Part shown: one piece after another, positions 1-13,219 of the stretch | Numbering within the stretch: the first letter of the stretch is position 1 | How the letters are laid out: every line of letters starts with the position of its first letter | Origin: Escherichia coli | GTDB taxonomy: Bacteria; Pseudomonadota; Gammaproteobacteria; Enterobacterales; Enterobacteriaceae | DNA length: 64,000 nt | Strand: one strand, 5' to 3' | Assembly (NCBI RefSeq): GCF_001677475.2 | Contig: NZ_CP015229.1 | Notes under the pieces: model-generated | Database searches by the model: none | Told to the model about the DNA's origin: nothing | What the model saw: only the letters and a program-made list of their open reading frames with translations | Translations under genes and position numbers: made by a program

Positions 1-1348
1 GAGCACCCGATTTTTCCAGCAGATTATTGCGGAAGCCCGCCGCAACACCGTGGCCGACTAGCCACTCCCCGTCGCGCACCTGTCCGGGTGTGGCGTTGCG
101 CTGCTTCCAGCCAAATTTATCCGCTCCGGTGCGCAAGCACTCGATAAGCTGACGGCGAGAGAAGCGGCGCGTCGGGTCGGCGGGGTCAACCTGAGTGTCA
201 TTCAGGATGCGAAACTCGACGGGATCGATGCCCGCTTTTTCCGCCAGTTCGTCGATCGCGATTTCGAGCGCCATCAGACCGGGGGCTTCGCCGGGCGCAC
301 GCATGGCGTTCCCTTCCGGCAAATCAAGCGTGGCGAGCCGCAGGCCGGTATGACGGTTTGCCCCTGCGTAGAGTAATTCGCTTTGCTGTACCGCCGTTTC
401 CGGCGTGCCGCCGGGCAGGTTTCCGGACCAGCTTTCATGTGAGATAGCGGTGATTTTCCCGCTCTGGTCAGCACCGATACGCAAGTGCTGAAGGGTGGCG
501 GGGCGGTGCGTGGTGTTATTGGGAATAGTGGGGCGGGGGAGCATCACTTTAACCGGACGTTTCACCGCACGGGCAGCGAGGGCCGCCAGCAGCGCATCGC
601 TTCTCAGGAACAGCTTGCCGCCAAACCCTCCTCCGATATACGGGGAGATAATACGCACATTCTCCACGGGCACTTTCAGCGTTTTTGCCAGATCGGTGCG
701 GCACCAGTCAATCATCTGATTTGAGGTCCAGAGGGTAAGCTTATTTCCATCCCAGACGGCCATCGAGGCATGTGGCTCCATCGCCATATGGCTCTGGTCC
801 GGGGTCGTGTAGGTAGCATCAATCTTCACCGCAGCGGAGGTGAAAGCCCCGTCAAAGTCACCGACGTTTTTGTCGGGCGTGTCTTCCGGCGGCTGATTGA
901 CGGCCTGTTTTTCGTCCGCCAGGGAGTAAGCTCCTTTATTACGGCGATAGTGCGCCTGCAACAGCGAGGCCGCCGCTCGCGCCTGTTCGAAGGTCTCGGC
1001 CACTACCAGCGCAATGGCCTGATGATAGTGCTCAATAGTGGGGCCGCCTAACAGCCTGGCGGTGTTTTTGTCGCCTTTGTCGAGTGCCCCGGCGTTACTG
1101 GCGGTAATGACAGCCAGTACGCCCGGCGCTTTTTGCGCGGCGTCCGTATCAAGGGCGGTGAGGCGTCCTTTGGCAATGGCGGAACCGACGATATAGCCAT
1201 AGGCGGCGTTGGGGGCTTCTTCATGCCATTCGTAGGCGTAGCGTGCCGTGCCGGTAGTTTTCAGCGGTCCGTCGATGCGGTCATGGGGACGACCGACAAC
1301 CTTCAGCTGATCGATCGGGTTTTCCCCTGCGGGTTTATCAAATTTCAT
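1..1348 (-). CDS. paoC: Periplasmic aldehyde oxidoreductase, molybdopterin subunit PaoC (N-terminal ~449 codons; gene continues beyond the window's 5' edge)
   Basis: Minus-strand frame open from 1348 to the window edge; ATG at 1348..1346 overlaps the paoB stop (ATGA); translation [21 protein letters not shown]... matches recalled PaoC; synteny with paoB/paoA. Confidence 0.85.
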   Translation of the reverse strand, partial: MKFDKPAGENPIDQLKVVGRPHDRIDGPLKTTGTARYAYEWHEEAPNAAYGYIVGSAIAKGRLTALDTDAAQKAPGVLAVITASNAGALDKGDKNTARLLGGPTIEHYHQAIALVVAETFEQARAAASLLQAHYRRNKGAYSLADEKQAVNQPPEDTPDKNVGDFDGAFTSAAVKIDATYTTPDQSHMAMEPHASMAVWDGNKLTLWTSNQMIDWCRTDLAKTLKVPVENVRIISPYIGGGFGGKLFLRSDALLAALAARAVKRPVKVMLPRPTIPNNTTHRPATLQHLRIGADQSGKITAISHESWSGNLPGGTPETAVQQSELLYAGANRHTGLRLATLDLPEGNAMRAPGEAPGLMALEIAIDELAEKAGIDPVEFRILNDTQVDPADPTRRFSRRQLIECLRTGADKFGWKQRNATPGQVRDGEWLVGHGVAAGFRNNLLEKSGA

Positions 1349-2301
1349 GCCTGTGCCCTCGCTTCAGCCAGTACGGAGGCAAGCGTTCGCTTCGCCAACA
1401 GGAGTTTAAAGGTGTTTTCAGCGGTGGGATGGGCGCTGGCGAACAGCGCGTCATATACGGCCTGCGCCCCCTGGGATAGCTGAGCATCCGCAGCCTCAAT
1501 GCGCCAGGGCTTATGTGCTACTCCGCCCAGCGCGACGCGCCCGCTGCCGTCAGGCTGAATAATCGCTGCGACCGATACCAGGGCAAAGGCGTAGGAGGCG
1601 CGATCGCGCACCTTACGGTAAATATGTTTTCCGCCGAGCGGCGGAGGTAATGTCACCGCAACGATAAGCTCACCGGGAAGCAGGGCGGTTTCAATGTGCG
1701 GCGTTTTCCCCGGTGGGTGATAAAAATCAGCCAGTGTGATACTGCGAGTCTTTCCCTCCGGCGTGATGGTTTCCACCACCGCATCCAGCAACCGCATTGC
1801 GACCGCCATATCGCTCGGATGGGTGGCAATGCAGGCTTTGCTTACGCCTACCACCGCGTGCTGACGGCTAAAGCCTTCAAGTGCCGCGCAGCCGCTCCCG
1901 GGCAGGCGCTTATTGCAGGGCTGATTGGTGTCGTAAAAATAGGGGCAGCGCGTGCGCTGGAGCAGATTACCTGCGGTGGTTGCCTGATTACGTAACTGAC
2001 CAGACGCGCCAGCGAGCAGAGCGCGGGAGAGTACCGCGTAATCACGACGCACGCGCTCGTGAGCCGCCAGGTCGGTGTTCCGTACCAGTGCGCCGATGCG
2101 CAGCCCACCCGCGTCGGTCACTTCAATCTTATCGAGCCCGAGCCCGTTCACATCGATAAGGTGGGTGGGCGTTTCAATTTCCAGCTTCATCAGGTCCAGC
2201 AGATTGGTCCCGCCAGCGATAAATTTTGCGCCGGGTACGCGCTGAGCGCTAAGTGCCGCCTCGGCCGGGGTGTTCACTCGTTCATAGGTAAACGCCTTCA
2301 T
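1345..2301 (-). CDS. paoB: Aldehyde oxidoreductase FAD-binding subunit PaoB (318 aa)
   Basis: ORF track 318 aa [20 protein letters not shown]...; start/stop coupling with paoA and paoC. Confidence 0.9.
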   Translation of the reverse strand: MKAFTYERVNTPAEAALSAQRVPGAKFIAGGTNLLDLMKLEIETPTHLIDVNGLGLDKIEVTDAGGLRIGALVRNTDLAAHERVRRDYAVLSRALLAGASGQLRNQATTAGNLLQRTRCPYFYDTNQPCNKRLPGSGCAALEGFSRQHAVVGVSKACIATHPSDMAVAMRLLDAVVETITPEGKTRSITLADFYHPPGKTPHIETALLPGELIVAVTLPPPLGGKHIYRKVRDRASYAFALVSVAAIIQPDGSGRVALGGVAHKPWRIEAADAQLSQGAQAVYDALFASAHPTAENTFKLLLAKRTLASVLAEARAQA

Positions 2302-2987
2302 GATTTTATCTCCCCCGCAGCGTCTTCAATGGCGGCAAGGATGTTAGCGTATGCTCCACAGCGACAGATGTTACCGCTCATACGTTCACGGATCTCATCG
2401 GCCGTTCTTTCTGGAGGGGAAACCAAATCGACCGTGACGTGACTGGGAATGCCGTCCTGAATCTCTTTTAGCACCGCTACTGATGAGCAAATTTGCCCGG
2501 AGGTGCAGTAGCCGCACTGGAAGCCATCATGCTTGATAAAGGCCGCCTGCATGGGGTGAAGATTATCTGGTGAACCCAGGCCTTCAATGGTGGTGATCTC
2601 GGCCCCCAGATGCATGACTGCAAGCGTCAGGCAGGCATTAAGCCTGCGACCATTGACCAGCACGGTACAGGCTCCGCACTGTCCGTGATCGCAACCTTTC
2701 TTGGTACCGATCAGATGCAGATTTTCACGCAAAGCGTCCAGTAGCGTGGTTCGGGTATCCACCTCAAGCTGCTCGGTTTTGCCGTTCACCTTAAGTGTCA
2801 GGGGCATTATCTCTGGCGCGGGTGTAGCTGCCGGAACGCTTGCCGCAAACGTAGAATGAGGATAAACCACGGCGGTCGCCGCCGTTGCGGCGCTCACTTT
2901 AATCAGATCGCGACGGGTCAAACTAAAATCGTGCGGCTCGTGCTTCCCAACCCGATTATCTTCGGGGTATTCGCTTTGGTTGCTCAT
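2298..2987 (-). CDS. paoA: Aldehyde oxidoreductase 2Fe-2S subunit PaoA with Tat signal ([17 protein letters not shown])
   Basis: ORF track 229 aa; twin-arginine motif; Cys clusters CDHGQCGAC and CGYC..C typical of 2Fe-2S ferredoxin subunits. Confidence 0.9.
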   Translation of the reverse strand: MSNQSEYPEDNRVGKHEPHDFSLTRRDLIKVSAATAATAVVYPHSTFAASVPAATPAPEIMPLTLKVNGKTEQLEVDTRTTLLDALRENLHLIGTKKGCDHGQCGACTVLVNGRRLNACLTLAVMHLGAEITTIEGLGSPDNLHPMQAAFIKHDGFQCGYCTSGQICSSVAVLKEIQDGIPSHVTVDLVSPPERTADEIRERMSGNICRCGAYANILAAIEDAAGEIKS

Positions 2988-3404
2988 ACCAGGCCTCCGG
3001 TATTCTAATGGGGAAAATAAGAGTGCGTTGCGAGAGTGCTGATGCTTTTTTAAACGTTAAGCATAGTCGGCGACAGCAGGAGGATTATTCTTAAAACGCG
3101 AATGCAGCTATGAGCCCGGCTAATAAATTCATGTTCGCCGGGATGTTGATGATGATGGGAGCTGGTTTATTGCTTTAGTTGTACGATGCAAAAACCGATA
3201 AGGAAACCTGTGATTGTCAGCTCTGCATCACCCTGCAAATCTTTGTCACTTCTAATATAAAAATATGGAGAAATGATGGTGCTTATATTCATTGGCGATT
3301 AGGAAACCATCTTGTTATACAAAACAATACAGTTCTTTACATTTGCTTTGTTTTATGAATACTCCTAAAGAGGTGTATAACATAATGGTACAAGCAGGGT
3401 AGAT

Positions 3405-4019
3405 ATGAATATATTTGAACAAACTCCACCGAACCGCAGACGTTACGGTCTTGCTGCATTCATTGGGCTGATTGCTGGCGTTGTTTCCGCATTTGTGAAG
3501 TGGGGGGCTGAAGTTCCATTGCCGCCACGTAGCCCGGTGGATATGTTTAATGCAGCGTGTGGCCCGGAATCATTAATCAGGGCTGCTGGGCAAATTGATT
3601 GCTCCCGTAATTTTCTCAATCCTCCGTATATTTTTCTTCGGGATTGGTTGGGGCTGACAGATCCAAATGCGGCTGTTTATACCTTCGCCGGGCATGTCTT
3701 TAACTGGGTTGGTGTAACGCACATAATCTTTTCGATAGTTTTTGCCGTTGGTTACTGTGTGGTCGCCGAAGTATTTCCGAAAATTAAACTTTGGCAGGGT
3801 TTACTGGCAGGTGCTTTAGCCCAACTTTTTGTTCATATGATTTCTTTCCCTCTCATGGGACTGACGCCACCTCTGTTTGATCTTCCGTGGTATGAGAATG
3901 TCTCTGAAATTTTTGGACATTTAGTCTGGTTCTGGTCTATTGAAATTATTCGCAGAGATTTACGAAACAGAATTACTCATGAGCCAGACCCTGAGATCCC
4001 TTTAGGCTCAAACAGATAA
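3405..4019 (+). CDS. yagU: Inner membrane protein YagU (DUF1440)
   Basis: ORF track 204 aa [25 protein letters not shown]...; hydrophobic segments. Confidence 0.85.
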
Positions 4020-4032
4020 TGTAATGAATGAT

Positions 4033-4063
4033 AAAAATGGCGCAAATACAGCGCCATTTTTAT
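4033..4063 (+). terminator. Rho-independent terminator downstream of yagU
   Basis: Hairpin AAAATGGCGC-aaataca-GCGCCATTTT followed by TTTTTAT. Confidence 0.6.
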
Positions 4064-4207
4064 AGGTTAAAAACATTGCTTTTTATATTCTGATGCAGCT
4101 AGTCAGTGAGCATATCGCGCCACTTCAGGATGATGTAGATCCGAAGAACGCTACAGAAGAGAGGCATTGTTGCTGGCAAATAGAAGAAGTTTCGGGTTTT
4201 GTTGCCC

Positions 4208-4243
4208 CTAAAAACGAAGCCCCGCTATTACAGTAGGCGGGGC
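4208..4243 (-). terminator. Rho-independent terminator downstream of ykgJ
   Basis: Stem GCCCCGC/GCGGGGC (4219-4225 / 4237-4243); on the minus strand the hairpin is followed by TTCGTTTTTAG. Confidence 0.55.
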
Positions 4244-4265
4244 AGTGCAATTAATTATTGCATAT

Positions 4266-4595
4266 TTATAACGGTGTCAGCCCGTATTTAGCTCTTGCAC
4301 GATTGCAAGCCTCATTGACTTCTCCATTTTCACCAGACATGGCGAATTCTCTGCATGTGGACGATCGATTTTTATATATCGTGCAGCAGGCATTTTTGCC
4401 CGGGGTTCCTGCAAGGGCAATACATCGGGGGTTTTTCTGATTGGTACCGCTCATGCATCGGTGAAAAGGGGATATTTGTTCAGTGAGCCTGGCGGGAATG
4501 GTACCGCCAGCATCGTCGGCTTCGGCCCAGTAAAAAGAGACGCGGAAAAATGCACAACAGGCACCACACGTCATGCATGGATTCAGATTGCTCAT
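4266..4595 (-). CDS. ykgJ: YkgJ, Cys-rich putative zinc/iron-chelating protein
   Basis: ORF track 109 aa [31 protein letters not shown]... Confidence 0.85.
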   Translation of the reverse strand: MSNLNPCMTCGACCAFFRVSFYWAEADDAGGTIPARLTEQISPFHRCMSGTNQKNPRCIALAGTPGKNACCTIYKNRSSTCREFAMSGENGEVNEACNRARAKYGLTPL

Positions 4596-4907
4596 AATTC
4601 ACCAGTACAGCTATAAATCGTAAAGAGAACAGCGGTACATCGTATGTAAGAACGTACCGCGGTTGGCTGGTGAACTTTCGATAGTGTGAGTATTGAATGA
4701 TTTCCAGCCGTTACCGATTTTACGTACTAATTCGTGAAGAAACCACTCGTTAGCAGGCTGCCTGGTACCTTTCCGTGTCTCCTGAACACTATGGTGTACA
4801 TATGAGAAAGCCCATCATTACAGGTGACATTGACGATCGCTTCCACATTATTTAAACGATTTTTGAGTCTCTGAGGTGGAATTCTTCCCTCGACCGATGG
4901 ATAAGTA

Positions 4908-5618
4908 TCAGTCCGCCGAAGGGGGCTTAGCCGGACAGGAATTGCTAATCTTAATGAATTTGTCGTTATAGACCAGATAATGATTCCCCGGCTGACGTAA
5001 CTCAGGCTGATGAACCACGTCTCCCGGACGTAGATACCAGGCGTCGCCTTCCTCTTCGGTCGAATCACATCCTGGTTTAATCAGTAGCTTAAACCACGTG
5101 TTGCCGGTGTTACTTACCGTTCCTGTCACCTGGTCGAAGGACCATTTAAACTGAACCTGACGTGGTCGTACTACCAGAATGGTATCCATCACCACCACCG
5201 GCTCCGTGCTGACCTCGCCGCCGGTTGGGCTGCGTCTTGTCTGGTTACGAGTGGGGACCTCGCGAAATGAGACCCGGTAGTAGCGCTCGCGGTTATCCCG
5301 TGGCCCATGATAGTAAAATTTAAAATACTCGCTCTCACCAGCCTGCAACGCCAGCTGGCGGGGGGCGAAAAGCAGTTCACCATCCACCGGTCGGGTGCGC
5401 AATTCACTGCTGCCTGGGCTATCAATAGCACTGATGGAAATACGGTATATCCGTGCGCTTTTGTTGTTATTCACTACACGTTTGCTGACAAAGTCAGACT
5501 CGGACGGCAGCGAAAATGTCAGATTGCCGACCGAAATCGCCTGTGTCAAAGGTGCCGCCAGCATACAGACCGCTGTCAGCAGGGCCTTAGTTAATGTTAC
5601 GCCACGTCGCCTGAACAT
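4908..5618 (-). CDS. ecpE: E. coli common pilus chaperone EcpE
   Basis: ORF track frame 4908..5663; start chosen at the internal Met ([14 protein letters not shown]..., 236 aa, signal-peptide-like); overlaps the ecpD 3' end. Confidence 0.8.
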   Translation of the reverse strand: MFRRRGVTLTKALLTAVCMLAAPLTQAISVGNLTFSLPSESDFVSKRVVNNNKSARIYRISISAIDSPGSSELRTRPVDGELLFAPRQLALQAGESEYFKFYYHGPRDNRERYYRVSFREVPTRNQTRRSPTGGEVSTEPVVVMDTILVVRPRQVQFKWSFDQVTGTVSNTGNTWFKLLIKPGCDSTEEEGDAWYLRPGDVVHQPELRQPGNHYLVYNDKFIKISNSCPAKPPSAD

Positions 5619-7230
5619 GAATTTCTCCTGAAGCGCTGACTTCGCCAAACCAGCCGTTATCATCTATCGTACGCAGCGAAATGGCGTTATCCATTGGAAT
5701 CGAAAATTTGACTGTGGTCTTATCCATCTGCCCCACTTCGCCAGAGATATCAGTCCACGGTGTGGTCAGCCACAGCGCATCGGTCATATCCCGCCAGCTA
5801 TCATCGCACCCGGCATCGTAGGTTTTTGTAGCTCCGTTGCGGGTAATAAAGGAAAGCGTCGCCGGGAACGGTACTTTCGCCTTACCGTCATCGGAGCTGA
5901 AGACACAATAGGAGCGCCCGCCAATCACCTGCGCGGGTCCGGTCACCTTGATCAGCACTTCGTCGGCAGCTGTTTTACCGCTGGTGGTTACGATATAGCC
6001 GAAATCGAGTGCCGACTCGCCGCTGCCGACATATCCCTCCCGCGACGGTGTCTGAGTATATTCATCGGAGATAATACTGATGCTGAAATCACGGGGTTTG
6101 ATAAGCAGCGTGTTGGAGGTAGAAAATTCATACCAGCCAGACTCCGGTGATGTGGTGTTCTGAAAGCGAAAGTTGAACAGATCTTTGGTGTTGATATCGC
6201 TGATCCCGAGGTTCACCATCTGCTTAAAGAAGTTGCTCGAGAAGAAAACATAGATCGAGTCTGCGCTCTTCATCTCGTTGAAGGTGTAGTAATAGGCAGT
6301 ATTGCTCACCGGTTTCCATGAACTGCCATTCAGACTGAACTGCATATCGTACGCCCCGACGGCCGAGGCTAACGACGAGTTGGCGATCGCCGGGAATATA
6401 TGGATTGAGGTGTTGCTGAGTCCGTTTGTTTGCAGGGTGTAGTTGACCATCTTACAACTTAATCCTGAAAGGCTGCCGATGGTTTGTGTCCGGCAGTCGG
6501 CGTTCCCTTCGCCCAGAGTCGGTACTCCGTCGCTGTTGATAAATACCTCCGCCAGCGAGTGGGTATTTATTAACCGCAGATTTGCTGCTTTCGTATGGGT
6601 GACGTTGCGAACATACCAGTTGCCGGAGGCCTGATCCTTACAGCGTGCGCCGCTGCTGGCGTCATAGTTCACAGAGGTCTGGCAGGCATTGATGGTCATT
6701 GTAAAGCTGCTGCCGACGGGCATTTGTTGCATATACTGGTAAAACGCGTCTGACAACATGCCGTGCATCCACTTCGCGCCGCCGCTGGTCACCGTCGCGC
6801 CATAAAATCCACTGGCGTCGGTGGTTTGCGGCAGGATAAGACTGGTGGTCATATTACACCCTGCGTACCAGTTGATGCAGCGTAAGCCAGTTAAAGGAGA
6901 TGATACCGGCGAATTTTCCAGCCACATATCAAACTTCCAGTTGGTATAGAGGCCGGTGTTGTAACCGTTATCAATGTAGCCGAGGCTTTGCTGATAAATG
7001 GTTCCTGAGCCAGTGTATTTTAAACCGGTCCAGCGGTTAGCACCGGTCAGGCGCGGATCCAGCGCCCCGCCAGGCGTGACGAAAAAGTTGTCGTCTGAGT
7101 TGTTTTCGACAAACACAAACTCGCTTGCCGGTGCATCCGCCCAGGTTGTTTTGCTCACTGCAGCTCTGAGCGCGGTTGCTGGCCAGATTAACGCAAATAT
7201 TATCATCGCTATCAGTAGGTTAACTCTCAT
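5587..7230 (-). CDS. ecpD: E. coli common pilus tip adhesin EcpD
   Basis: ORF track 547 aa [23 protein letters not shown]...; operon synteny. Confidence 0.85.
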   Translation of the reverse strand: MRVNLLIAMIIFALIWPATALRAAVSKTTWADAPASEFVFVENNSDDNFFVTPGGALDPRLTGANRWTGLKYTGSGTIYQQSLGYIDNGYNTGLYTNWKFDMWLENSPVSSPLTGLRCINWYAGCNMTTSLILPQTTDASGFYGATVTSGGAKWMHGMLSDAFYQYMQQMPVGSSFTMTINACQTSVNYDASSGARCKDQASGNWYVRNVTHTKAANLRLINTHSLAEVFINSDGVPTLGEGNADCRTQTIGSLSGLSCKMVNYTLQTNGLSNTSIHIFPAIANSSLASAVGAYDMQFSLNGSSWKPVSNTAYYYTFNEMKSADSIYVFFSSNFFKQMVNLGISDINTKDLFNFRFQNTTSPESGWYEFSTSNTLLIKPRDFSISIISDEYTQTPSREGYVGSGESALDFGYIVTTSGKTAADEVLIKVTGPAQVIGGRSYCVFSSDDGKAKVPFPATLSFITRNGATKTYDAGCDDSWRDMTDALWLTTPWTDISGEVGQMDKTTVKFSIPMDNAISLRTIDDNGWFGEVSASGEIHVQATWRNIN

Positions 7231-9745
7231 TCTCTTCTCCTGTCTGCTTCACGGCTGCCCACGATGAGAGGCCGCTGCAGACCACATCACCGACCCAGAC
7301 GGCACCGCGCGCCTGGTTGAGTTCCAGTGCCACTTCGCAGGTTTTATTGCCACTGTAGCGAAAATCGATAGTGGGGTATTTCTTGTCCACATCCATGACA
7401 AACTCGCCGTTTTCATCGGTTCGGGTTCGGCCGATATGGTTGTTAATCCGTGCGTTAGCCAGCAGTGTGCCGTCTTCCGCACGGATACGGCCGGAGACGG
7501 TAACCATCTGCTTCACCTCTGGCTCAATGACAGCGACATTGCCTGGATAGAGAGTCAGATGACTTTTGCGGCCGCTGACGATATCGTAACTGTCGAGTGA
7601 GTTTTTGCTGTTCTGTAACTCCACCTCATATCTTCCATAGGGAGAGAGCGGGAGATAGTTACGCTTGCCGTTAAGCGGGAAAATCCGCCCGTTGATTTTG
7701 GCGCTGATCTGACCGTCGTCCTCCAGCCCTGTGTTGAATATCACCCCAGCGTTGCCATCAGTCCGCCCGCTGGCAGCAATGTTTTTACCCTGCCAGCCGA
7801 CGCTGCCATTGGCGGTCAAGTTGGTATTGACGTAGCCGTCCGCCGCGCTATTGACGTTCAGCGTTCCGCTGGCGTAACGAGCGTCGAACTGTGCATACGC
7901 CCCACCGCTGAGGGTTTTGTCATCACCGGTATCGCCGGAGATGGCACGTGACAGATTGGCACCAACAGTGCGAATGGTTCCTTCATCAAACTGTTTGCGT
8001 GCTGACAGGTTTGCCATGGTGTAGCCGTTTTGATGGGTCATCCCTGCGCTAAACCAGTTGCCCAGTGGGAGCGAGAGATCGAGAGCGATATATTTCCCGG
8101 TATTGGCGTTGCTGTCGCCGTTGTTATAGCGCTGAATACCGGCCCGCAGGCCAAGCGAACCAAAGTTACCGCTGTAGACATTTTGATAGTAATCTGCTGT
8201 GTAATAATGGTTGTTGTAACGGCGGTCATCATTGTAGCTGATGCTGAATGTGCCCAGCTTCGACCACAGTGAGTTCAGGTTGAGTGTGCCGCCGATAGCA
8301 CGGTTGTCGGCATCGCTACGTCGCAATTGATTGCCAATGCGGGTTTTTTCCTGATTAACCCACAGCGAACTAAAGCCTCCCGGTAGAGTGGCGCTGATGC
8401 TGCCGATGCTGCTCCATGAGCTGTCACTGGCCAGCATATTTTGCAGGTTAACGTTGATTGCCCCCCCAAGCGGCAGCGTCAGACGGGTTTCACCCACCGC
8501 CTGATTATCGTATCCATATCCCGTTGCCGCCCAGCTAAGCGTACTCAATGAGCCGGAGGTCGAGGCACCTGCTAGCCAACTCTCTTTAGCTGGTCGCGTC
8601 TTTTTCCCGTTTTCCGACCAGCGATCCATATGAAAGCTACCGCCCCATATCTGCCACGCCAGTGGTGCACCGACTCCGCGCCCCCGGCTAAACAGCTTAT
8701 TGACCCGCTGGGTGCGTTTGCTGATCACGCGACCATTAACGATCACCTCAACTTCCACATCGTAAATACCGTACGGTAGACCCCGGGTATCCACTTCATG
8801 ATTGCCCATGGTGAAGTTCTGAACGCTTAGTAGCCGCCCATCACGGGTGAGATGTACTTCACCCGCCGCCGGTAAAAAGGCGATCACTGGCGTGGCAGAC
8901 TGGCTGCTGTCGAAGATGGTGGAGCTGGCCTGGTTTCCCCAGGAAAGGCCGTAAATCTTTCCTGCTGAAATGGCGGTCATCGGCCCTAAGGACTGCAAGT
9001 TCCAGGTGTCGAGCATTCCACCGGCAAATCGGTGACCGGCAAAATCGCGTTCGTACATCGCTTTATATAATTCACTGTCCTGTTGACCGCTACCGATCCC
9101 ATACAGCGAGCCGTCGAGCACCACGTGATGTTCGCGCAGCGCAGTAACGTTATTCAGCGACAGATAGCTGGATGTGTTGCTCCCGCCGTTACGCAACTGG
9201 TTGTTATAGACGCCGAAGTTATAGCTCAGATTACTGCTGAGGGTGTTAACACTGGACTGCCCGATGTCTTCGCTACGTGAGCGTAGTACGGTGCCCAGCG
9301 CTTCGCGCTTGACCACCAGCTGCAGCAGCAGTTGGCGCAAGCTGAGATCCAACTGCGCGTTGTCAGTCAGGGGGATGGTAAGGGCCTCATTGAACGGGGC
9401 GTTCGCCAGAGCCATCAGCTGCTGTCGAGTTTGTTCGCTGACACTGGCGTTATCTTCACTCTCTTCCAGCTGTATTTTCCGGATGCGTAGCTGTCCATCA
9501 TCCAGCCAGATAAAAGCGCTGCCGATTCGCTGATCGTCCTGGCGACCCTGGCTACCGGCGAGATGAATATAGAGCGGGACGCTCATGCCGTCCTGAAGCG
9601 CCTGACTGAAGGCCTGCGGAATAATCACCCCACCTATTTGCTGCGCACTTATGTCAGCAGCGCTGGCATCGGGTTGAACGAACAAAAAGACCATGCCGAA
9701 GGCAAACTGGGCTTTCAGTCCTGGGGAGAACCGTCGTAAAGGCAT
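7220..9745 (-). CDS. ecpC: E. coli common pilus usher EcpC
   Basis: ORF track 841 aa; 11-nt overlap with ecpD. Confidence 0.85.
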   Translation of the reverse strand: MPLRRFSPGLKAQFAFGMVFLFVQPDASAADISAQQIGGVIIPQAFSQALQDGMSVPLYIHLAGSQGRQDDQRIGSAFIWLDDGQLRIRKIQLEESEDNASVSEQTRQQLMALANAPFNEALTIPLTDNAQLDLSLRQLLLQLVVKREALGTVLRSRSEDIGQSSVNTLSSNLSYNFGVYNNQLRNGGSNTSSYLSLNNVTALREHHVVLDGSLYGIGSGQQDSELYKAMYERDFAGHRFAGGMLDTWNLQSLGPMTAISAGKIYGLSWGNQASSTIFDSSQSATPVIAFLPAAGEVHLTRDGRLLSVQNFTMGNHEVDTRGLPYGIYDVEVEVIVNGRVISKRTQRVNKLFSRGRGVGAPLAWQIWGGSFHMDRWSENGKKTRPAKESWLAGASTSGSLSTLSWAATGYGYDNQAVGETRLTLPLGGAINVNLQNMLASDSSWSSIGSISATLPGGFSSLWVNQEKTRIGNQLRRSDADNRAIGGTLNLNSLWSKLGTFSISYNDDRRYNNHYYTADYYQNVYSGNFGSLGLRAGIQRYNNGDSNANTGKYIALDLSLPLGNWFSAGMTHQNGYTMANLSARKQFDEGTIRTVGANLSRAISGDTGDDKTLSGGAYAQFDARYASGTLNVNSAADGYVNTNLTANGSVGWQGKNIAASGRTDGNAGVIFNTGLEDDGQISAKINGRIFPLNGKRNYLPLSPYGRYEVELQNSKNSLDSYDIVSGRKSHLTLYPGNVAVIEPEVKQMVTVSGRIRAEDGTLLANARINNHIGRTRTDENGEFVMDVDKKYPTIDFRYSGNKTCEVALELNQARGAVWVGDVVCSGLSSWAAVKQTGEENES

Positions 9746-9770
9746 TGTCGTTATCCATCTGCACAGCTAT

Positions 9771-10439
9771 CTATTTCACGGGAATGAACTTATCACCCTG
9801 CCAAAGTGCAACCCGTCCTTTGTTATCCGCCGTGTCCACGCGGGTAAAACGACGCGACTTGCCCGGCATCAGGTAGTAATTCTCTTTACACTCCTTACCA
9901 TTGGCGGCTTTCAGGCAGGGGCCGTAAGCGAGGATCCGCAGCGTCGCATTTCCTGTATTTGTCAGGGAGCCGTTGGCGTACTGAAAGTGGTAGTTCGCCT
10001 GGCGGGGGGCGACGACCAGAATGGTGCCGATGCGGGCGGAAGCAGTGGCCACAGCGCTGCGGTTGGCATTATCGCGCTGTGCATCACTGAGGGCCTGATC
10101 AAACCAGACAATGCGGTAGTAGCGCTCTTTTTCATCTGCAGGTCCCTTATAGAAGAAGCGGATCACTTCGCTGGCTTGGGCGGGTAGCAGCAAGCTGGCG
10201 GGAGTGAGTAGCAACTCATCCGGCTTGTCCATTGAGATAACCTGCCCGTCGTCAAGCGGTGAAGAGAGCCGTTCGAGACGGATATTGATAAGGCGACCAC
10301 TGTCGGTACTGTTTTTGATCGTTTTGCTCAGCGTGCTGCTGTCACTGTTCATAAACGATGATATATCGCCGACATCTAGCGCCTGGGCCGGAGATATTCC
10401 GGAAAACAGCAGAGCGAGAGGCAGAAGGTGCTTTTTCAT
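9771..10439 (-). CDS. ecpB: E. coli common pilus chaperone EcpB
   Basis: ORF track 222 aa [20 protein letters not shown]... Confidence 0.85.
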   Translation of the reverse strand: MKKHLLPLALLFSGISPAQALDVGDISSFMNSDSSTLSKTIKNSTDSGRLINIRLERLSSPLDDGQVISMDKPDELLLTPASLLLPAQASEVIRFFYKGPADEKERYYRIVWFDQALSDAQRDNANRSAVATASARIGTILVVAPRQANYHFQYANGSLTNTGNATLRILAYGPCLKAANGKECKENYYLMPGKSRRFTRVDTADNKGRVALWQGDKFIPVK

Positions 10440-10460
10440 AACAATTCCGTCCAGGAATAA

Positions 10461-10481
10461 AGCAGGGGGGCTACCCCTGCT
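10461..10481 (-). terminator. Intra-operon hairpin between ecpA and ecpB (possible attenuator)
   Basis: Perfect 8-bp stem AGCAGGGG/CCCCTGCT with 5-nt loop, 16 nt downstream of the ecpA stop; weak U-tract. Confidence 0.4.
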
Positions 10482-10496
10482 GGTACATCAGAGAGA

Positions 10497-11084
10497 TTAA
10501 CTGGTCCAGGTAGCGTCGAACTGTACGCTAACGTCGCCGCTCCAGATGCCTTCCGGTAGAGTGCTGTAATCGGTTACTGCGGTGGTACCATTGGTGGTGC
10601 CGCTGATGATGGAGAAGGTGAAACCATCCTGTGCGGTGGTACGATTGCTGGCATTGTAACCGTTAGCCAGCGGGCTAAGGTTGCCGCCCAGTACGCCGTT
10701 GGCGGTATCGATCATCACGGTATCGCCAGTTTTTTCGACTGCCGCGCCGTTATAATCCACGCCCACATTCAGTGTGGAACCTGAGGTATCCAACTGGGTT
10801 AATGTGTTGGTGATAAGACGTGAGGTCAGTTTAAAGGCGGTAGCCGTTGAGTCACCCTCGATAGCCACGTCAAATAGACCTTTCTGTGAGTTAAAACCTT
10901 TAATGCCTTCGGCATACTGGAACGCCAGGCTACCGAGTGGCGTCACAACCAGTTTACTGGTGGTGTCTTTTTTGGCTGTTGCCGACCAGGTCGCTACAGC
11001 CTGAGCTGTTACGTCAGCAGCCTGCGCCACACCCATGCCGGTAAACACCGTTACCAGAGCTATTGCCAGAACCTTTTTTTTCAT
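10497..11084 (-). CDS. ecpA: E. coli common pilus major pilin EcpA (MatB)
   Basis: ORF track 195 aa [33 protein letters not shown]... Confidence 0.9.
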   Translation of the reverse strand: MKKKVLAIALVTVFTGMGVAQAADVTAQAVATWSATAKKDTTSKLVVTPLGSLAFQYAEGIKGFNSQKGLFDVAIEGDSTATAFKLTSRLITNTLTQLDTSGSTLNVGVDYNGAAVEKTGDTVMIDTANGVLGGNLSPLANGYNASNRTTAQDGFTFSIISGTTNGTTAVTDYSTLPEGIWSGDVSVQFDATWTS

Positions 11085-11158
11085 TGCATTTCTTCCCGAG
11101 TTGAATTGAGGACGTGATGTCCCTGTGAGTCATTTTTTAAAACTAACTTGCCTGGAGT

Positions 11159-11770
<612 letters not shown>

Positions 11771-12150
11771 TTACAGGTGCATTCAGTTTCATTAGTAAAC
11801 CGGAAGTAAATAAGATACGTAGCACATATCAATAAAGGTTAAACGAGATTAAGTTTAATTATTTTCGATTGGGCTTAAATTTATGTTTTTTTCCCGATGA
11901 GTGTCAATATGTGAACGGAAAAGGAATTCAATGGTTAAGTCAATATTTAGAAAAACTGAAAATATTGCTTTTTTGATAAGAAGAAAAAGACATTTGGTTT
12001 CATAAGGTTATTGGCAATATAACGTTCATTTCTTACTTGCATTTTATATTGGTCAGGAATTTTGCCCTGAAGTGTTAGGAATAGTCTTAATGCGCTGTGT
12101 GATGGACTAGTAAAAAAACAAGTTTTAAGGGTAAGGGATAGAATATAAAA

Positions 12151-12378
12151 CTATGATGAGCTGCCATTGAAGATGATTTGCCAATCAGTAAGATATTTTA
12201 ATGGATTAACATGCCGCACAAAATGGTTATAGGTGTTCATTCCAATAAGTGATGGAAAATTGAACCGGGTTATGTACATCATCTGTTCGGTAAGCCCCCT
12301 AAGAGCCAAATTAAGTGAAGTTAAACGAAGGCTGCCAGCTGTCACAGGAACGATGGCCTTTTTGTCAGGGCACTGCAT
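12151..12378 (-). CDS. ykgL: Small protein YkgL
   Basis: ORF track 75 aa MQCPDKKAIVPVTAGSLRLTSLNLALRG... Confidence 0.6.
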   Translation of the reverse strand: MQCPDKKAIVPVTAGSLRLTSLNLALRGLTEQMMYITRFNFPSLIGMNTYNHFVRHVNPLKYLTDWQIIFNGSSS

Positions 12379-12786
12379 TCAGTCATCTGTGCGCATTACT
12401 CTAACTGGCACTCGAACGTCGGCGATGGGGTTGCCGGTGGATCAGGCTGTTCCTGTGGCGTAAACGTTTTTATGTTAGTACCAACAGATTTACCACATTT
12501 ATCATCTTAACAGTTTGAGTGAAAATGCAGGCTGCGCCGCAAAGGGAGGAGACTGAGTGGCGTGTTCAGTCTAAAAGAGAGTTGATGCCAGCATACAGGG
12601 GCGAAGCTGGTCAACAAGTCAACATTAAGATAATGGAATATTCGGAGAGAAACGTCAGGCAGTTGGCCTCAAATGAACAGGAAGAATATATCCCCAGGAA
12701 AATTAATGTTGGTGTTATAAACACACCAACATTAATCCGATCTGATTATTAATCAGACAAATATCGTTAATCCGTCGAATTTTGAA

Positions 12787-12927
12787 TCAACGTTTTTTCT
12801 TACGACCCTGAACGGCCTTAAAACGTGGATTAGATTTACAAATCACATATAGCCGTCCTTTTCGCTTCACAATCTGACAGTCTGGATGGCGTTCTTTTGC
12901 GGTACGCAGAGAGTTAAGGACTTTCAT
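12787..12927 (-). CDS. rpmJ2: Ribosomal protein L36 paralog (zinc-independent)
   Basis: Hand translation [46 protein letters not shown] (46 aa); ATG overlaps the rpmE2 stop (ATGA). Confidence 0.85.
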   Translation of the reverse strand: MKVLNSLRTAKERHPDCQIVKRKGRLYVICKSNPRFKAVQGRKKKR

Positions 12928-13193
12928 CACGCCCCCTTTTTCGTGCTAACAAAACGACCAAAACGTTGGGTGAATCGTTCAACATTTCCTTCTGATGCCA
13001 CTGTTCTCAGCTTCCCTGTATAGAACGGGTGCGATTTAGAAGAGACATCAATTGTCACGTACGGATACGTTACGCCATCCAGCTCAATCTCCCGGTCTGT
13101 TTTGATAGTCGAGCCGATTTTAAAGTACTCATCAACACTGGTGTCGTGGAACACCACAGTACGATACTCAGGATGGATATTGGGTTTCATCAT
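12927..13193 (-). CDS. rpmE2: Ribosomal protein L31 paralog (zinc-independent)
   Basis: ORF track 88 aa [31 protein letters not shown]...; true start may be the second ATG (13190). Confidence 0.85.
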   Translation of the reverse strand: MMKPNIHPEYRTVVFHDTSVDEYFKIGSTIKTDREIELDGVTYPYVTIDVSSKSHPFYTGKLRTVASEGNVERFTQRFGRFVSTKKGA

Positions 13194-13201
13194 TTTTACC
13201 T

Positions 13202-13219
13202 GTTATGTTATAACATAAC
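13202..13219 (-). promoter_or_regulatory. Zur box (perfect 18-bp palindrome GTTATGTTATAACATAAC) immediately upstream of rpmE2-rpmJ2
   Basis: Palindrome read directly; lies 9 nt upstream of the rpmE2 start and its AGGT ribosome-binding site; zinc-repressed L31/L36 paralog operons are known Zur targets. Confidence 0.75.

Noticed and set aside
12519-12752. 77-aa plus-strand ORF between ykgL and rpmJ2
   Set aside because: No recognisable family and no convincing ribosome-binding site; left unannotated.
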